From the NCBI RefSeq assembly GCF_018977255.1, contig NW_024704743.1, positions 22,694,001 through 22,754,000 of the forward strand: a stretch of 60,000 bases of DNA, written 5' to 3'. Of the stretch, positions 12,739 to 24,300 are shown in pieces. The notes beneath the pieces are model-generated. The model was not told the DNA's origin, did not search any database, and saw only the letters and a program-made list of their open reading frames with translations. Made by a program: the position numbers and the translations under genes. The stretch is from Callorhinchus milii. Its lineage: Eukaryota. Numbering within the stretch: the first letter of the stretch is position 1; every line of letters starts with the position of its first letter.

Positions 12739-13989
12739 GTAAAAGACAAGCACCGAATAAGTGCAATAGGTGAATGCTGAGACGTGTATCAGAATTTGTG
12801 CAAAAGGCCTGATGACACATTTTACTTTATAATGTTTCAGTTTCCACTATTTGATCACCATTTATTGTATTTTCTGGCAAAGAAACTTAACAAAATCTAT
12901 TAAGAAAATCAGTCTCTGAAGAAGAAGTTTCTGTCAATGAATGAAAAATGAAAGAAATCCAGACTAGAAGTGTGAAGTCTTAACTGCAAAGAAGCCAACT
13001 TTGAGAGGAAGCATAAGTAGAAGGAAGCACAGGATTTCAGCACACCTCTGATACATGCTGATAAGGAAAAGAATCTGTGCTTGCTGTATCAACAGATAAC
13101 AACATTTCCAATTCATACAGTAAACATTTTTTTTTGAACTAAGGCATTTGGCAGCTTTACTCAAAGGAGAGTAGGCAATTGTTTCCTTTACAACTTAAAA
13201 GTTATCATTCTCCTGCTAAGGTCACTGTACATTCTGATTTTAACTTTGCTTTTTAACTTGGGACGTCTTCCCGACGTGAAAGACGCTGTACAAATGTAAT
13301 CGTGTTGTTGTTGTTGTTAGCTTTGCAACACAGTTCTCAATTTTAACTCTTCAGTGCTGGGCAGTGTGGACTGCTAATGTGAGGTCCAGATGTGGAATGA
13401 TGACTGGACTGTACCTGGTAGGGAGGGCACGGCTGAGTCTTGTCAGCCTGATCCGCTGAGTTCACGCACCTATACTGGAGTGAGCGGAAGGTCTCTGGCG
13501 TAGAGCCAGGTAATCAAAGGAATTCTGTGGCCTACACATGACCAATTCGGTATTTTCCTGATTAATGGTACAAGACCAAAGCCCCTGGTTATCGTGTACT
13601 TTCTGCCTCTCAATCCCTCCCCCCTTGCCCGTCTTCAGATTGATTATGCTTATGGTCACCTTCCTTTGGGTTTTGTCAAAGTTGAGTTTGGCAAGGCAAA
13701 GCCATCTCAAATTCATGGAAACGAAACCAAGTAAATGTTGTCCCTCACACCATGGGCAACAGCGCTGAAAGGCAAGCAAGTGAGCAATGCTGCCTCCGCA
13801 GAGGCTTCAGCAACCTTTCTTTCTACCCGTTAACCATCCTCGTGAGTAGAGAAATATTTGTGCCAACCTAGTTTAATGTAGAGTGCAATGGCAGGAGCTG
13901 GCACTGGGTGGCAAGGTATTTATGATATTTTTCAGGGGTGGGTGGAGAAGGCAGAATAAAATGTGTACGATAAGAAGGTTTGTAATGTC

Positions 13990-13995
13990 TTTATT
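13990..13995 (-). terminator. Candidate TGFBR2 polyadenylation signal
   Basis: The - strand reads ttgtatatatttAATAAAgacattaca, with a TGTATATA element immediately upstream, at the end of a repeat-poor UTR-like tract. Confidence 0.55.
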
Positions 13996-16719
13996 AAATA
14001 TATACAATATGTTCTTTACATTGCAAAGATATTAACATATATGTATATATACACACACAAACATATAAGACTGGATAAGGCTCTACAGAGAGAAACAAAT
14101 TGTTAATGACGTAATATAGGTTTCCATTTCCCTATTTCTCTCTACATCAGTTTACATTCATTTTTATTTTATGGACTAAAGTCCTAATTCATATTGTTTC
14201 TGTAACAATTTGTTACATAATAGTCTCCATTTGTTATTACATCCAAAATTGTTGCTTTTTGAAAAGAATCATAAAAAAGTGGTTTCATTCTGAAGGGAAT
14301 TCCTATATGAGAAATAGATCTTTTAAAATTCCTTGTAATGGCCTAAGATTAATACAGCAAAGCTGTTCTGAAAGGAGATTCACGCTGATATGTGCATGAA
14401 TGTTGCAGCAATGGCTTAGGCACGTCACCGTCAGACCAACAAATGTCACTGTCAGACCGGCAAAGGTACTGGCTCAGTGGGACAGCCAGTTTGTGGACAC
14501 CAAAGATCCACTCACACTCATTTATCATTGAGGTGTTTCGATTACTAAAGGTAAATGCACAATTTTACAGAAGTTGGTTCATTACTACATCAGGTAATAT
14601 ACGGAGGATGTGCCCCTAATGGTTCACAAGTTACCAATGGCTTTTGTCCTGAGATTGCTCCAAAAAAATCCCTTTGATATCATCTCTATATAAAGCTCTG
14701 TAGAAAGAAATTTCTCACATATAAATCCTTTGCAAAACACCTTACAACTTTTTACATAAATGTCAGTCACCTGTATTAAAAATAGGCACTTGATATAAAC
14801 TCAAAGTTGAGCACTCCAGCATTTACAAAGATATAAAAGAGATTATATATATTTTAGCAGTGATTTCATACAAATACATTCAAGCAGCTTAATATCCTGA
14901 AGCTTGGATTAATTCAACTCTGAGGCCCAAAGTCAGTGTGTACAATGGTGCCAGTTGAAGTGAGTCAGTTATACGTGTGTGTTCAGATTAATCTTTGAAG
15001 TTTTAAAAAAAAATCACATTCTGCAGTGAAACTCATAAAACCCTTCTGTTTAAATTCCAAAGACCATCAGCATGATATAAGGGCCTGCAAACCCTCTGGA
15101 AGACGGAATAGACAAAACTGTCTTAATCAAACTCTGAATGGAATCAACACGCGAGACGTTGAGACGTTTGTGAGGTTCGGGAACCACACGAAGGGCACTG
15201 ATAATGTCATTCCTATTTTTGGTTGGCTATTAGAGAGGTAGACAGAATCTTTAAGATCCTTTCACTCTTCCACGGTGGACAGAGCTAAAGATAAAGATGG
15301 GCTGACTGCAGCTTTCCAGCTCCAAAATCAGTGACACAAGGTCTTTAGAGGCAAAGCGCAGTTACTCTTTAAAACCTGGTGAATTGGTCGGTGCCTTTGC
15401 TCCTTTAAATGTAGTGATCTGAACTGAGATGCTAACCCAATGTGTCTTGGCCCCACTGTGTGATTGGTTACAATGTTCCAGTCACTTGTAATCTCTGAGA
15501 GCATCATTCAAGAAATGAATGGGAGGGAGGGGGATGGGAGATGAGATGGGGGCAACTTGGACAAAGTCTCTGGGTGGCTGTCCTGTAGAGCAGAATGGTT
15601 CCAGGGTCAGATGTTACTGAAGGCAGGATTATTTCTGAAATTGTGAGTTTGGTTCCCAGAGACTAGAACCTATGTATTTGGTTACAGGCCATGTTTACCT
15701 TTGGTTCGGTCACCTTATCTATTAACTTTAGCATTCCAAGTGATGCACTGGGCAGAGTTCAGTAGAGTTACCAGAGTGTGTTTACGTACTGAAGAACAGT
15801 TTCCAATATTTTAAGGCAGGTGAAGAAACTCCAATGACAGGACCTGTATATTTGGCTGGGGCTGTACAAATGGAGAATCGTTACAAAAAATACACCCTGT
15901 TTTACTCACAGTCTGGATTAACCTTAGGTTCAGTCTGTGGTTTCTCAGTTAGATCTCTCAGACGACAGACAAAGCATTGTAGCCCTGTCAAATCTTCACT
16001 CAGAAACACCACCAAGATACACTTACTGTTTGCAACACAGATGTTGGCTGCCTCCCCCCCACCCCCCCCCCCCCCACCCCAAAACACCACTGCTTTTAAA
16101 TCAGCAAAACCACCAGCAGAATAAATGCACTTTTGCAATTCATTGCTAATTACAGTGTAACCCCATCATTGGAAACTTCAACAATGAGGGTAACTCACTA
16201 CAGGCCACTTTTTCAGTGTTTTTGTTTTCATTTGATGGTGACCAAATCCTAAACTCAACTTGTGAAACTCAACTCAATTTACGAAAGCACCTCACCAATA
16301 AGAGCAAAATAGGCCAGTTATGGTGAATTCCCCCAATGATTTCCTCTCTCCCCTTAAATTGCCTTGGCTGAAAAAGATGGCATTTATTCAGTATCTAGCG
16401 GGACACTGTTATAGTTGTTTGAGCAAGATGCAGGTAGTCCAAGACACATTTCAGAGAGTCAAAGTGTCAGATATAATATCTCCAACCTGTGGTCTGTCTG
16501 CTGGCTGCTTCACATCCTTAAGGACAGTTCCTATTATGGTCTTCCCTCATCATTCAAAGCACCCCTTAACTGGTATATAGATTTGGCAAGATTTCAAACT
16601 GATAACAGAACCCAATTTCTTGACGAAGCAAAATAATTTTGTTTTACTGCAAAAAACTATTTTGACATTAGTGCCTTCAGAGCAATCACATCTGTGTAGG
16701 GCCCAGCTCATCACAACAA

Positions 16720-16960
16720 GAGGCCCGAAAGCCCCCCATGGTCTTAGCCTTACAACCATTAAGATCATGCAGAATTTTGGAAATTTCTTCCAATTCAGGC
16801 CTAATGAGGAAAGCGACTTTCCTATAAGTCTCAATGAGAACTGTGTAAAACTGGCTTCCAAATGATCATGAAATTAAACAAATTCTAAAATTCTGCACAA
16901 TCACCTTAATTTCTAAGGCTATGGGCTTAAGACTAAGGCCATGAGTAATTTAGGGGTCTC
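16720..16960. mobile_element. Palindromic MITE-like element in the TGFBR2 3'UTR
   Basis: Left arm gaggcccgaaa..catggtcttagcctt...ttaagatcatgcagaattttggaaatt is reverse-complementary to right arm aattctaaaattctgcacaatcaccttaa...aagactaaggccatgagtaatttaggggtctc. Confidence 0.75.
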
Positions 16961-17321
16961 TGCTTTAATTCTATCCAGAGGCCCTCCTGCACCCCAACTA
17001 TTCCCACTATCTGTGAATGTGCTTGTCTTCAGTTTTTCAAAGTACATTGCACCAATCTCTCTGTTCCTACTTCACACAGACTAGATGTGGCAAGCACTAA
17101 ATGGATGGGCTAGTTCCTATTTTGTAACAAATGCATGAACAACAAGATTACATTTGTATAGCGCCTTTCACATCGGGAGGACGTCCCAATAAATGAATAA
17201 ACAGATGTAAAAATATCTTGGTGACATTTTCAAATGGCCAGTCATCATTGCATACAAGCGCCTTTACATAGTTATAAACAGGCCTACTTGATATCTCCGA
17301 GTATATATCTATATATACCAA

Positions 17322-17329
17322 TAAAGTGC
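17322..17329 (-). promoter_or_regulatory. miR-17/20/93/106 family 8mer target site (GCACTTTA)
   Basis: + strand taaagtgc = - strand GCACTTTA, ~270 nt after the TGFBR2 stop. TGFBR2 is an established miR-17-family target in mammals. Confidence 0.65.
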
Positions 17330-17600
17330 ATTGGACAATGGTTATGTGATGGAATCTTTGGTTTCCTGAGCAACTGCTGGTCAGAATGGCCAATCCTATG
17401 ATAAAGTCAGACGACTTGCTTTTTCCTTTTTAGTTCCCACAATATCATTGTCTCCCTGAAGAAGGACACGTGTCAATCAGGAAGTGATGCAGGACTTTCA
17501 TTCACAGAGGAAGTGAAGCAGGCGTTCTGTCAGTCTGTCCCCTCTTGTCTTTTACATGACTGCTTCTTCTGGTTTTTTTTTTGCCCCTGTTCCCGATCCT

Positions 17601-17807
17601 CTACACCACAGTGACCGCCCTTAGGTCTTGCTTGGTCTCACTGACAGAACAATCCTCTGGGATTTTTTCCTCGGAGCAGCTCCGACCAGAGAGTTTGTCC
17701 ATCTGTTCTAGATCATTGAAGCGCTCCACTACGCACTGCGCTGTCAGTCGGGCCTCCGGATCATGGTCCCAGCATTCGATAATGATTTCACACACCAATT
17801 GTACAAG
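17601..17807 (-). CDS. TGFBR2: TGF-beta receptor type II exon 7 (kinase C-lobe end and tail)
   Basis: Acceptor ctctgttttacag|CTT, phase 0. [68 protein letters not shown] (TAG). Confidence 0.97.
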   Translation of the reverse strand, partial: LVQLVCEIIIECWDHDPEARLTAQCVVERFNDLEQMDKLSGRSCSEEKIPEDCSVSETKQDLRAVTVV

Positions 17808-18161
17808 CTGTAAAACAGAGAGGAAAATCCTGTGAATTTGTTTATGTGAACGAAGGTTAAAAACTCAATGAAAGAACACGCGGATACAACTGGTAACACA
17901 AATAGAAAATCCATGGAACAATTGTTTTAAAAATGGTTACAATCAAATCTGCTTGCAATGGCATATTTTAGTTTCCTATGGAATGGAGCCTCCTTTTGCA
18001 AGTATTTCCTGTCTTTATTACAGATACTTCCTGTCGACCAGGACCTCCTGTGCAGAATTGCTTGACGTGGTGATTGAGTTTGGCACTGGGGGAACTAGGA
18101 GATGCTGGTAGAGCTAGTAAGTGATCTCAGAGTGTTTGGTCCCAGCATTCAGTCTTAAAGT

Positions 18162-18510
18162 GGCGTCCTGTAGCATACTGGTTAGAGCACTTGACTCGTA
18201 AGTGAGAGGACTCGGGTTCGATTCCTGGGCAGAGCAAAACGTTAGGCAAGTTTCCTTGTTCCACACGCCCTGTTTACCTAGCAGTAAGTAGGAACCTATT
18301 TGTTAGTCGATTGTCGGATCACTTTCTGGGGTAATAATCCTTTTTAAAAAAAATACTAATTTGGTCACTCAATCCACTACTGTTTGTGGCACACTGTTGT
18401 GTGTAATTGGCTGCCATGTTTCGCCCCCAAAGTATACAGTCAATTCACGTTACAGTATATTTCGTGAAGAGCTTTGAGATGCCAAATACAAGGATTATCA
18501 TTATTATTAT
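18162..18510 (+). mobile_element. tRNA-derived CORE-like SINE, long subfamily, full length
   Basis: gtcctgtagcatactggttagagc...gggttcgattcc...ctgtttacctagcagtaagtaggaacc...aaggattatcattattatt. Confidence 0.9.
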
Positions 18511-19112
18511 AAGGTTAAATCTAAATAAAGATGACTGAATGCTTTGTGGAACATGTTGTCTTATTTCTTATTATTTCTTACGGCACCTCAGAATGCGGTC
18601 GGTCAAGGATGAATAATGGATGGATGATCTGAAGTTTGTCTTAGTTCACCCTGGTGGGGGTGGAGGGGGGGAATGAGAGATGCTTGCAGATATTTTCCTC
18701 ACACAATGGTGGAGTCTATCTGGTAAGTGACTATTAATATCAGAATCACAAATAGCGTCGTTTCACTGCAACTGGAAGTGGGTCACTTTTGACCTGTGGC
18801 AATTCCACTCTGGCGTGTTTTGAATCTGGTTACCAGAGTTCCCGTGGATCAGTGTGACACACTGGTTTACTGTCTGGGCTCCCTATTAGCAATTTGTGTT
18901 ATGAAATATTAAACCCTGATGTGAACAGGGCAGAGTCAGAGTCTGTGAAAACAAAACCAAGCTGAATGAACTTGACTCGTCTCACCTCTTCTCATTCAAT
19001 TAACCATTGAATTGTGCCGTTAGCGTAGAAGCAAATCTTGCTATTGCACACCACGATTGAGGGAGCCTCAATATTATCAGAAATGACATCTTAAGTGCAA
19101 TTGTTAAATTAC

Positions 19113-19240
19113 CTGGTGATTATTCCAGCTATTGGGGATCTCAGGTCTTCCCCGGTCTCTCAGTACAACATCCTTCATGCTTTCCACACAGGGGTGTTCC
19201 CGCACCTTGGAACCAAAGGCAGGCTCGTAGTCTTTGACTT
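19113..19240 (-). CDS. TGFBR2: TGFBR2 exon 6 (128 bp)
   Basis: ctatccacag|AA ... CAG|gtaatt. (E)[42 protein letters not shown]. Not in the ORF track; phases 1 to 0 fit the neighbouring exons. Confidence 0.97.
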
Positions 19241-19617
19241 CTGTGGATAGAAATGGAACAGGATTAGTGATGGGCAAAATGTCCTTTAAAGGGGGTAAAG
19301 GTATCAGTGTAAATAGATAAAAAGCCCTCTAAACGACACAGTGTTCAAAGGTATAGAGCTCCCTGTCCTAGCTGTTAAATTATCTTTTGCTTCCTACTCC
19401 TGTTAATCATAATATAACAAAAGTTCCTGCTGCAATGCATTTAATTCACTTGGGTTTAATTCTGAGTGTAACACACATGTGAACTCTTATTGCTCATACA
19501 CTTGTCTTGTAAGTAGAGCTAGGCTAATGCCATTGGGGGTGAGGGGGTGGAAGGGGGCTATCAGTCACAAACTGAGCATAGGTTTGTGACAACAAAAGGA
19601 ATTAAAAAATACACCAA

Positions 19618-19773
19618 AGGCCCAAATTCCTGATTTGGACGATAGTTTTCCAGGGCAAGCTGGCTTCAAAAATTAAGTTAATTTAAAAATTTTCCAAAGT
19701 TCTATCCAATTTAATATTTTATGAAAAAGAAAGGTCTATTTAAGGCTAAGATCAGGATGGATTTTGCGGTCTT
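19618..19773. mobile_element. Palindromic MITE family copy (internally deleted)
   Basis: aggcccaaattcc...agctggcttcaaaaatt...aattttccaaagttct...aaggctaagatc...ggattttgcggtctt. Confidence 0.5.
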
Positions 19774-20864
19774 ACGATTCCAGGCTTCTTCCCACTGGTG
19801 ACAGCAAGTTCCAGATGTTGTTACACTCATCAAGCCATCAGGGATAAAATGTATAAATCAAGGATCTTTCACAACCGAGTACACTGGGATCTATTGCCAT
19901 CAGTAAGCTATCCTCTAGATGTCCTCATTTTAATATGTTTCTCAATAACTGGTTAGATTACACTGCCTTAACTGGCAGTGTAATAGGATAATAGGAGCAG
20001 ATGCACTGTATTTCCAAATCTGATATTAACATACGATGCTCCCTGTATCTCATTATTCCTTGTAGATTTGTTATTGTTTCTGTAAGTGCGCCCAAAACGA
20101 TAGGCTGTAAACTCCAGGTTATTGACTGACCACCCACCCTCTTCCCCCGCCAATTTGAACCTAATTTGACCAGACTGCAATCTTATGTTTTCCCACGCCA
20201 ATCTCTCCTCTTCCCAAAGTCACTGCTGCTGTCCCTGGTGAATACATGGGAGCACTTGCTGATCTGTTTGTAGACATCATTTGCCGGTCTTACTCAGCCA
20301 AGCCATATGGGTTGATGTGGGAAATGGAAATGTCAGCCAGTGTTCCTCCAAGCCAGACAGAGACCAGTGCTGTACAACAAGCTGCGCTAAGGATTGCCTA
20401 ATCCAGTCTGTCACAATCCGTTTAAACATAAAAGTTGCAACAAAAATCCATCAGCAATGCCTTTGCATTTCTATCTCTCCATGAATCTGCCACAGTCATT
20501 AGCATGGCAGAAACTCAGCAGAGACTTCTCAGGAGTTTATTAACTCCAGCGATCTAGTTTGTCACAATACAGTAAAAACGCTTTGAGACATCTCAAAACG
20601 TGATAAGGCGCTATATCAAATGCAAGGATTATTATTATTACAGTAACAGCTCCTTCAAACAATCTGAAGAGATGCAATAATTTCAGTAGAACAGTGGCAT
20701 GCAACTTACGATCCATATGTCACATCCGATGGATGCTAATCTCATTCCAACTTCCATGAGGTTGGATTGTGGTCAGAGGAGACCACTGATGATTTTCAGG
20801 AAACCATCTAAGCAGAGCTCCTACATGAGAAATATCGACAGTTTGTAGCATTCTCACATTGGAG

Positions 20865-21020
20865 CCATAGAATCATAGAATCGTAGGATTATACAGCACA
20901 GAAGGAGGCCATTCAGCCCATCGTGCCTGTGCCGGCTCTTTGAAAAGAGCTATCCAATTCAATCCCACTCCCCTACGCCTCCCCATAGCCCTGCAAACTT
21001 GTCCTCCCCAAATAATTATC
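20865..21020 (-). mobile_element. CR1 3' end
   Basis: catagaatcatagaatcgtagg tail and gaaggaggccattcagcccatc; same family as 2596-2845. Confidence 0.85.
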
Positions 21021-21099
21021 TAGAAGGAAGGAAGGAGTAGAAGGAAAGTTTATCCATTTAAGGCCCACGATGCGGCTTTGAGATCATAGTGTAGGCTGA

Positions 21100-21346
21100 C
21101 CCTCCATTGCAGTGCTCGGGGTGCCTTCAGCCACTACACCCCGAAACTCTGGAATTTTCTCCCTCCGCCTTGACCCCTCCCTCCCCACTTTCACGTCCCG
21201 CCTAAAGACTTTTCTTTTCGATTGTGCTTACGGTCACCTTCCCCCTCCCTCTCCCCGTGGCTCGGGGTCAGATTCCGCCACTGTCAAGCGCTCCGGGACG
21301 CTACCCCACGTGAAGGGCGCTATATAAATGCAAGTTGTTGTTGTTG
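21100..21346 (+). mobile_element. L2 3' fragment
   Basis: FTSRLKTFLF..AYG; tail aagggcgctatataaatgcaa(gtt)n. Confidence 0.88.
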
Positions 21347-24300
21347 AAAGCACCCGGTCCACACTCCTGATGGTGCAGAAATGCACGGTCGACAATCCAC
21401 AATATGCTACGGTTATCTGGCCTTACTTGGTTTGAAGAAACTATAGTAATTCATTATGCGCATCAAATTAAATTGAAGCATTAAACCCAAACCAGCAAAT
21501 GAGGGAGGAATGTTGGCTATTACTAACTTCTGTAGGAAAGCAGAAATGAAAGCAGAGCCTAGATATACACACCCACTCCATTTACTACATTCTACCTAAC
21601 GTCAACATTCAGTCAACCATGTTGTTTTTATGCCAGCCCTTCACTTTCTCAACTATTTTCTTTCCCAGGGTCAGACCAAAAGTTACCAGCCCCAGTAATT
21701 AGTATCTTCCCAAGCCGTGGCTGGGTGTACACCTGTTTCGAGCTGTGACTTGGTGCCATACATCAAGCTGCTTAGATGAGGAACAAGCAGATCTAATTAC
21801 AAAGCTTTGCATCTGGTGCACATCTGTTTTCCAGGGAACAGATAGTAACTCCACAAGGCGTACTCTTTGTAGTTATTTAAATTGTACCACAAAAATGTTT
21901 TTAGCCAGCTGTCTGCAGGGAGTAGCTTCATTAGTGCCCTGGTATGAATTAAGGACTAAACTGGAAGGATAGCGTCAGCCGCAGAACTGGAGCAGCCAAG
22001 GTTTGATTCCTCCCCCCACCACATTTAGAAATAAAGGCAAGGCTCACACTAAATATTGTGCAGGAAACCACCAGAGTTATAACAATAATAATAATCCTTG
22101 CATTTGATATAGAGCCTTATCATATGTTTGAGACGTCACAAAATTCTTCACAGAATATACTGTAAAGTGGAGTGACTGTGTATTTTGGGGGTTAAAACGC
22201 GGCAGTCTAGTTGAAAAGAACAGTTAAGAAGCCCAGACACAGAGGGAAGCAGCATTCGGTGACACTACCCTTGCAGAGTGTAGGAGGAAGGGAAGATGCA
22301 GTGGGGGAGGAGACTTATGGGTTTTGGAGGAACTGAGAAAGCACTTTTTTAATAACATGCAATGCTTTCGCTCCATGCATGACTTATAACACGTTGCTCC
22401 ATCCATTCTATGGCACGTTACCACCAATATCTTGAGTTCTGGTCTTCCTTGCTGCGCGCGCTGCAAACTTTACGAGATAATCAGAGATTGTCAGGTGTGG
22501 TAAACCTGTCCTCAATTGAGAGCGGTACCAGCATCACAGGCACAGAGCAGAGATCGTTCTTAAGGGCTGCTTCTGGAGCTAATTTGGAATGTCAATACAG
22601 AGAGCTAGGAAACCTTATACATCTTAAAACAAATGGGAATGACTTGAAACCATTGCCTGAAAACTGAAGATCATATGGAATTTTGGAAAACAGTCTGAAA
22701 CTCAATCTTGATTTGAATACAGAATTTCCTCGGTTCCTTTCTGATATGGTCCTAAGAACATGAGAAATTTTGGGCGCTTCCATCTACATGGAATTGATTA
22801 TTGTAAAAAAATTCCAAAATCACTGCGTAAAAAGCTGAGAAATGAAAAGGTTAAGAAACCTGCGAGGAAAAAGGTAACTTCACATTCCACATTTTCGGGT
22901 TTTAAAACAATGCGGTCAGTTATTCAGTAACATGCAGCTTCTTGTCCCCTTGCCAACTTCATCCTACGCTTTGTACAGGACAAAGGAATTTAGAAAACAA
23001 TTCAATTGCCTGCAGTTTAAGAGGATAAAACATTTGGCAAGCTCGGAAGTAGAAAAAAACCCAGAGGCAGCAGCTAGAAATCTCAGCGCCATTGTTCTCA
23101 CATCCATATGTTGCCTTTTAAGTGAAATTGCTAAACTTGCCCCATGTGAGCAAAATGGACAGTGTGTTCAGCTGACGCAGGGGAAAGGCAGCAAGAGAGG
23201 AAGTTGTTTATTGGCACGAGTGCCAGAACTAAAGGAAGTGTCCTTTTTGGTGTGTTTTCATGTTTTTAAATACCCACTTTTGCGAGTGCAAATCCAGACT
23301 CAACTCGGGGAGCAATAACCTTAGATCTGTATTTACAGAGCTTGTGGCTTCTCAAAATACTTTTTGTGCAGTTAGCAATACTTTGTATTTCCTTAAGTGC
23401 AGTACGGTCCAAAAAAAACAGAAGCAACATTAGAAAACAAGTCCCAGCACAGACCCGTTAACCAGTAAGAGGAAATGCTTGTTCAAAGGCAGCAGCTTGC
23501 CAACACCCTCAGCATAAATTCATAGACAAAAAGTCATTTATTTTACTGATAACCCATGTTTTTTTTACTGACACGTAAAATATTTAGAAACAATCAAACC
23601 GCTGAACTCCGAAAAAAAACCAAAACATCATTTTTTGTGGTTCTTGAATCTCCTTGTTTTTTTTCTTGAAATCATTTTTTTCAACAAATCTTTCCCAGCC
23701 AATCGTTTTCCTTTTTGCTCCCCTCCCTCAATCCCCTCCTTCTCCAGAGCTTTGTAACATTCAAGACCAGATAAAGAACAACCCAGAGTCCAGTACCATG
23801 CCGAGAGCTTCTGTTTACTCAGAGCTGGTCACTGAAGGGCTTCACAACACAACTCTCTCTTGTGCTCGCTTTTTCTATGACTTAATTTAAAAGACGATGC
23901 CAACATGTGACAAATCCAGCCCTGGCTGTGTTACCAAGTAATTTGCACAAAACAGCCCAAGTGAGAGTGTAACACCTAAGCCAAACAGGCCTTCCCACTT
24001 TTGAACTATTAGTTAACACCGGTTGATACTATAATTAGAGGAATAACCTAAATGGAAAGGGTAGATAATCTAGATCTCTTCAATCCTGATAAGATTTCTC
24101 AGAGAGGACCTTCATAAAATGTGCTAAATTGGAGAGAGAAAGTAAAACCAGAATTATACTTTCACCTCCATTTGGCATTTACTTTGAATAATCTAGTTAA
24201 GATCCTGAAATCTATGTAGTGAATGGTACTTGGAAAAAAATGGCCTATTGCATTATAGAGCAATGGATTACTGCCATAGGTGGTGGGAGGGCTCAGAACC

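Larger units (their letters stand above)
13970..17600 (-). other. TGFBR2: Putative TGFBR2 3'UTR (~3.6 kb)
   Basis: Between the TAG (17601-17603) and the AATAAA at 13990-13995. Contains a miR-17-family 8mer and AU-rich blocks. Confidence 0.6.
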
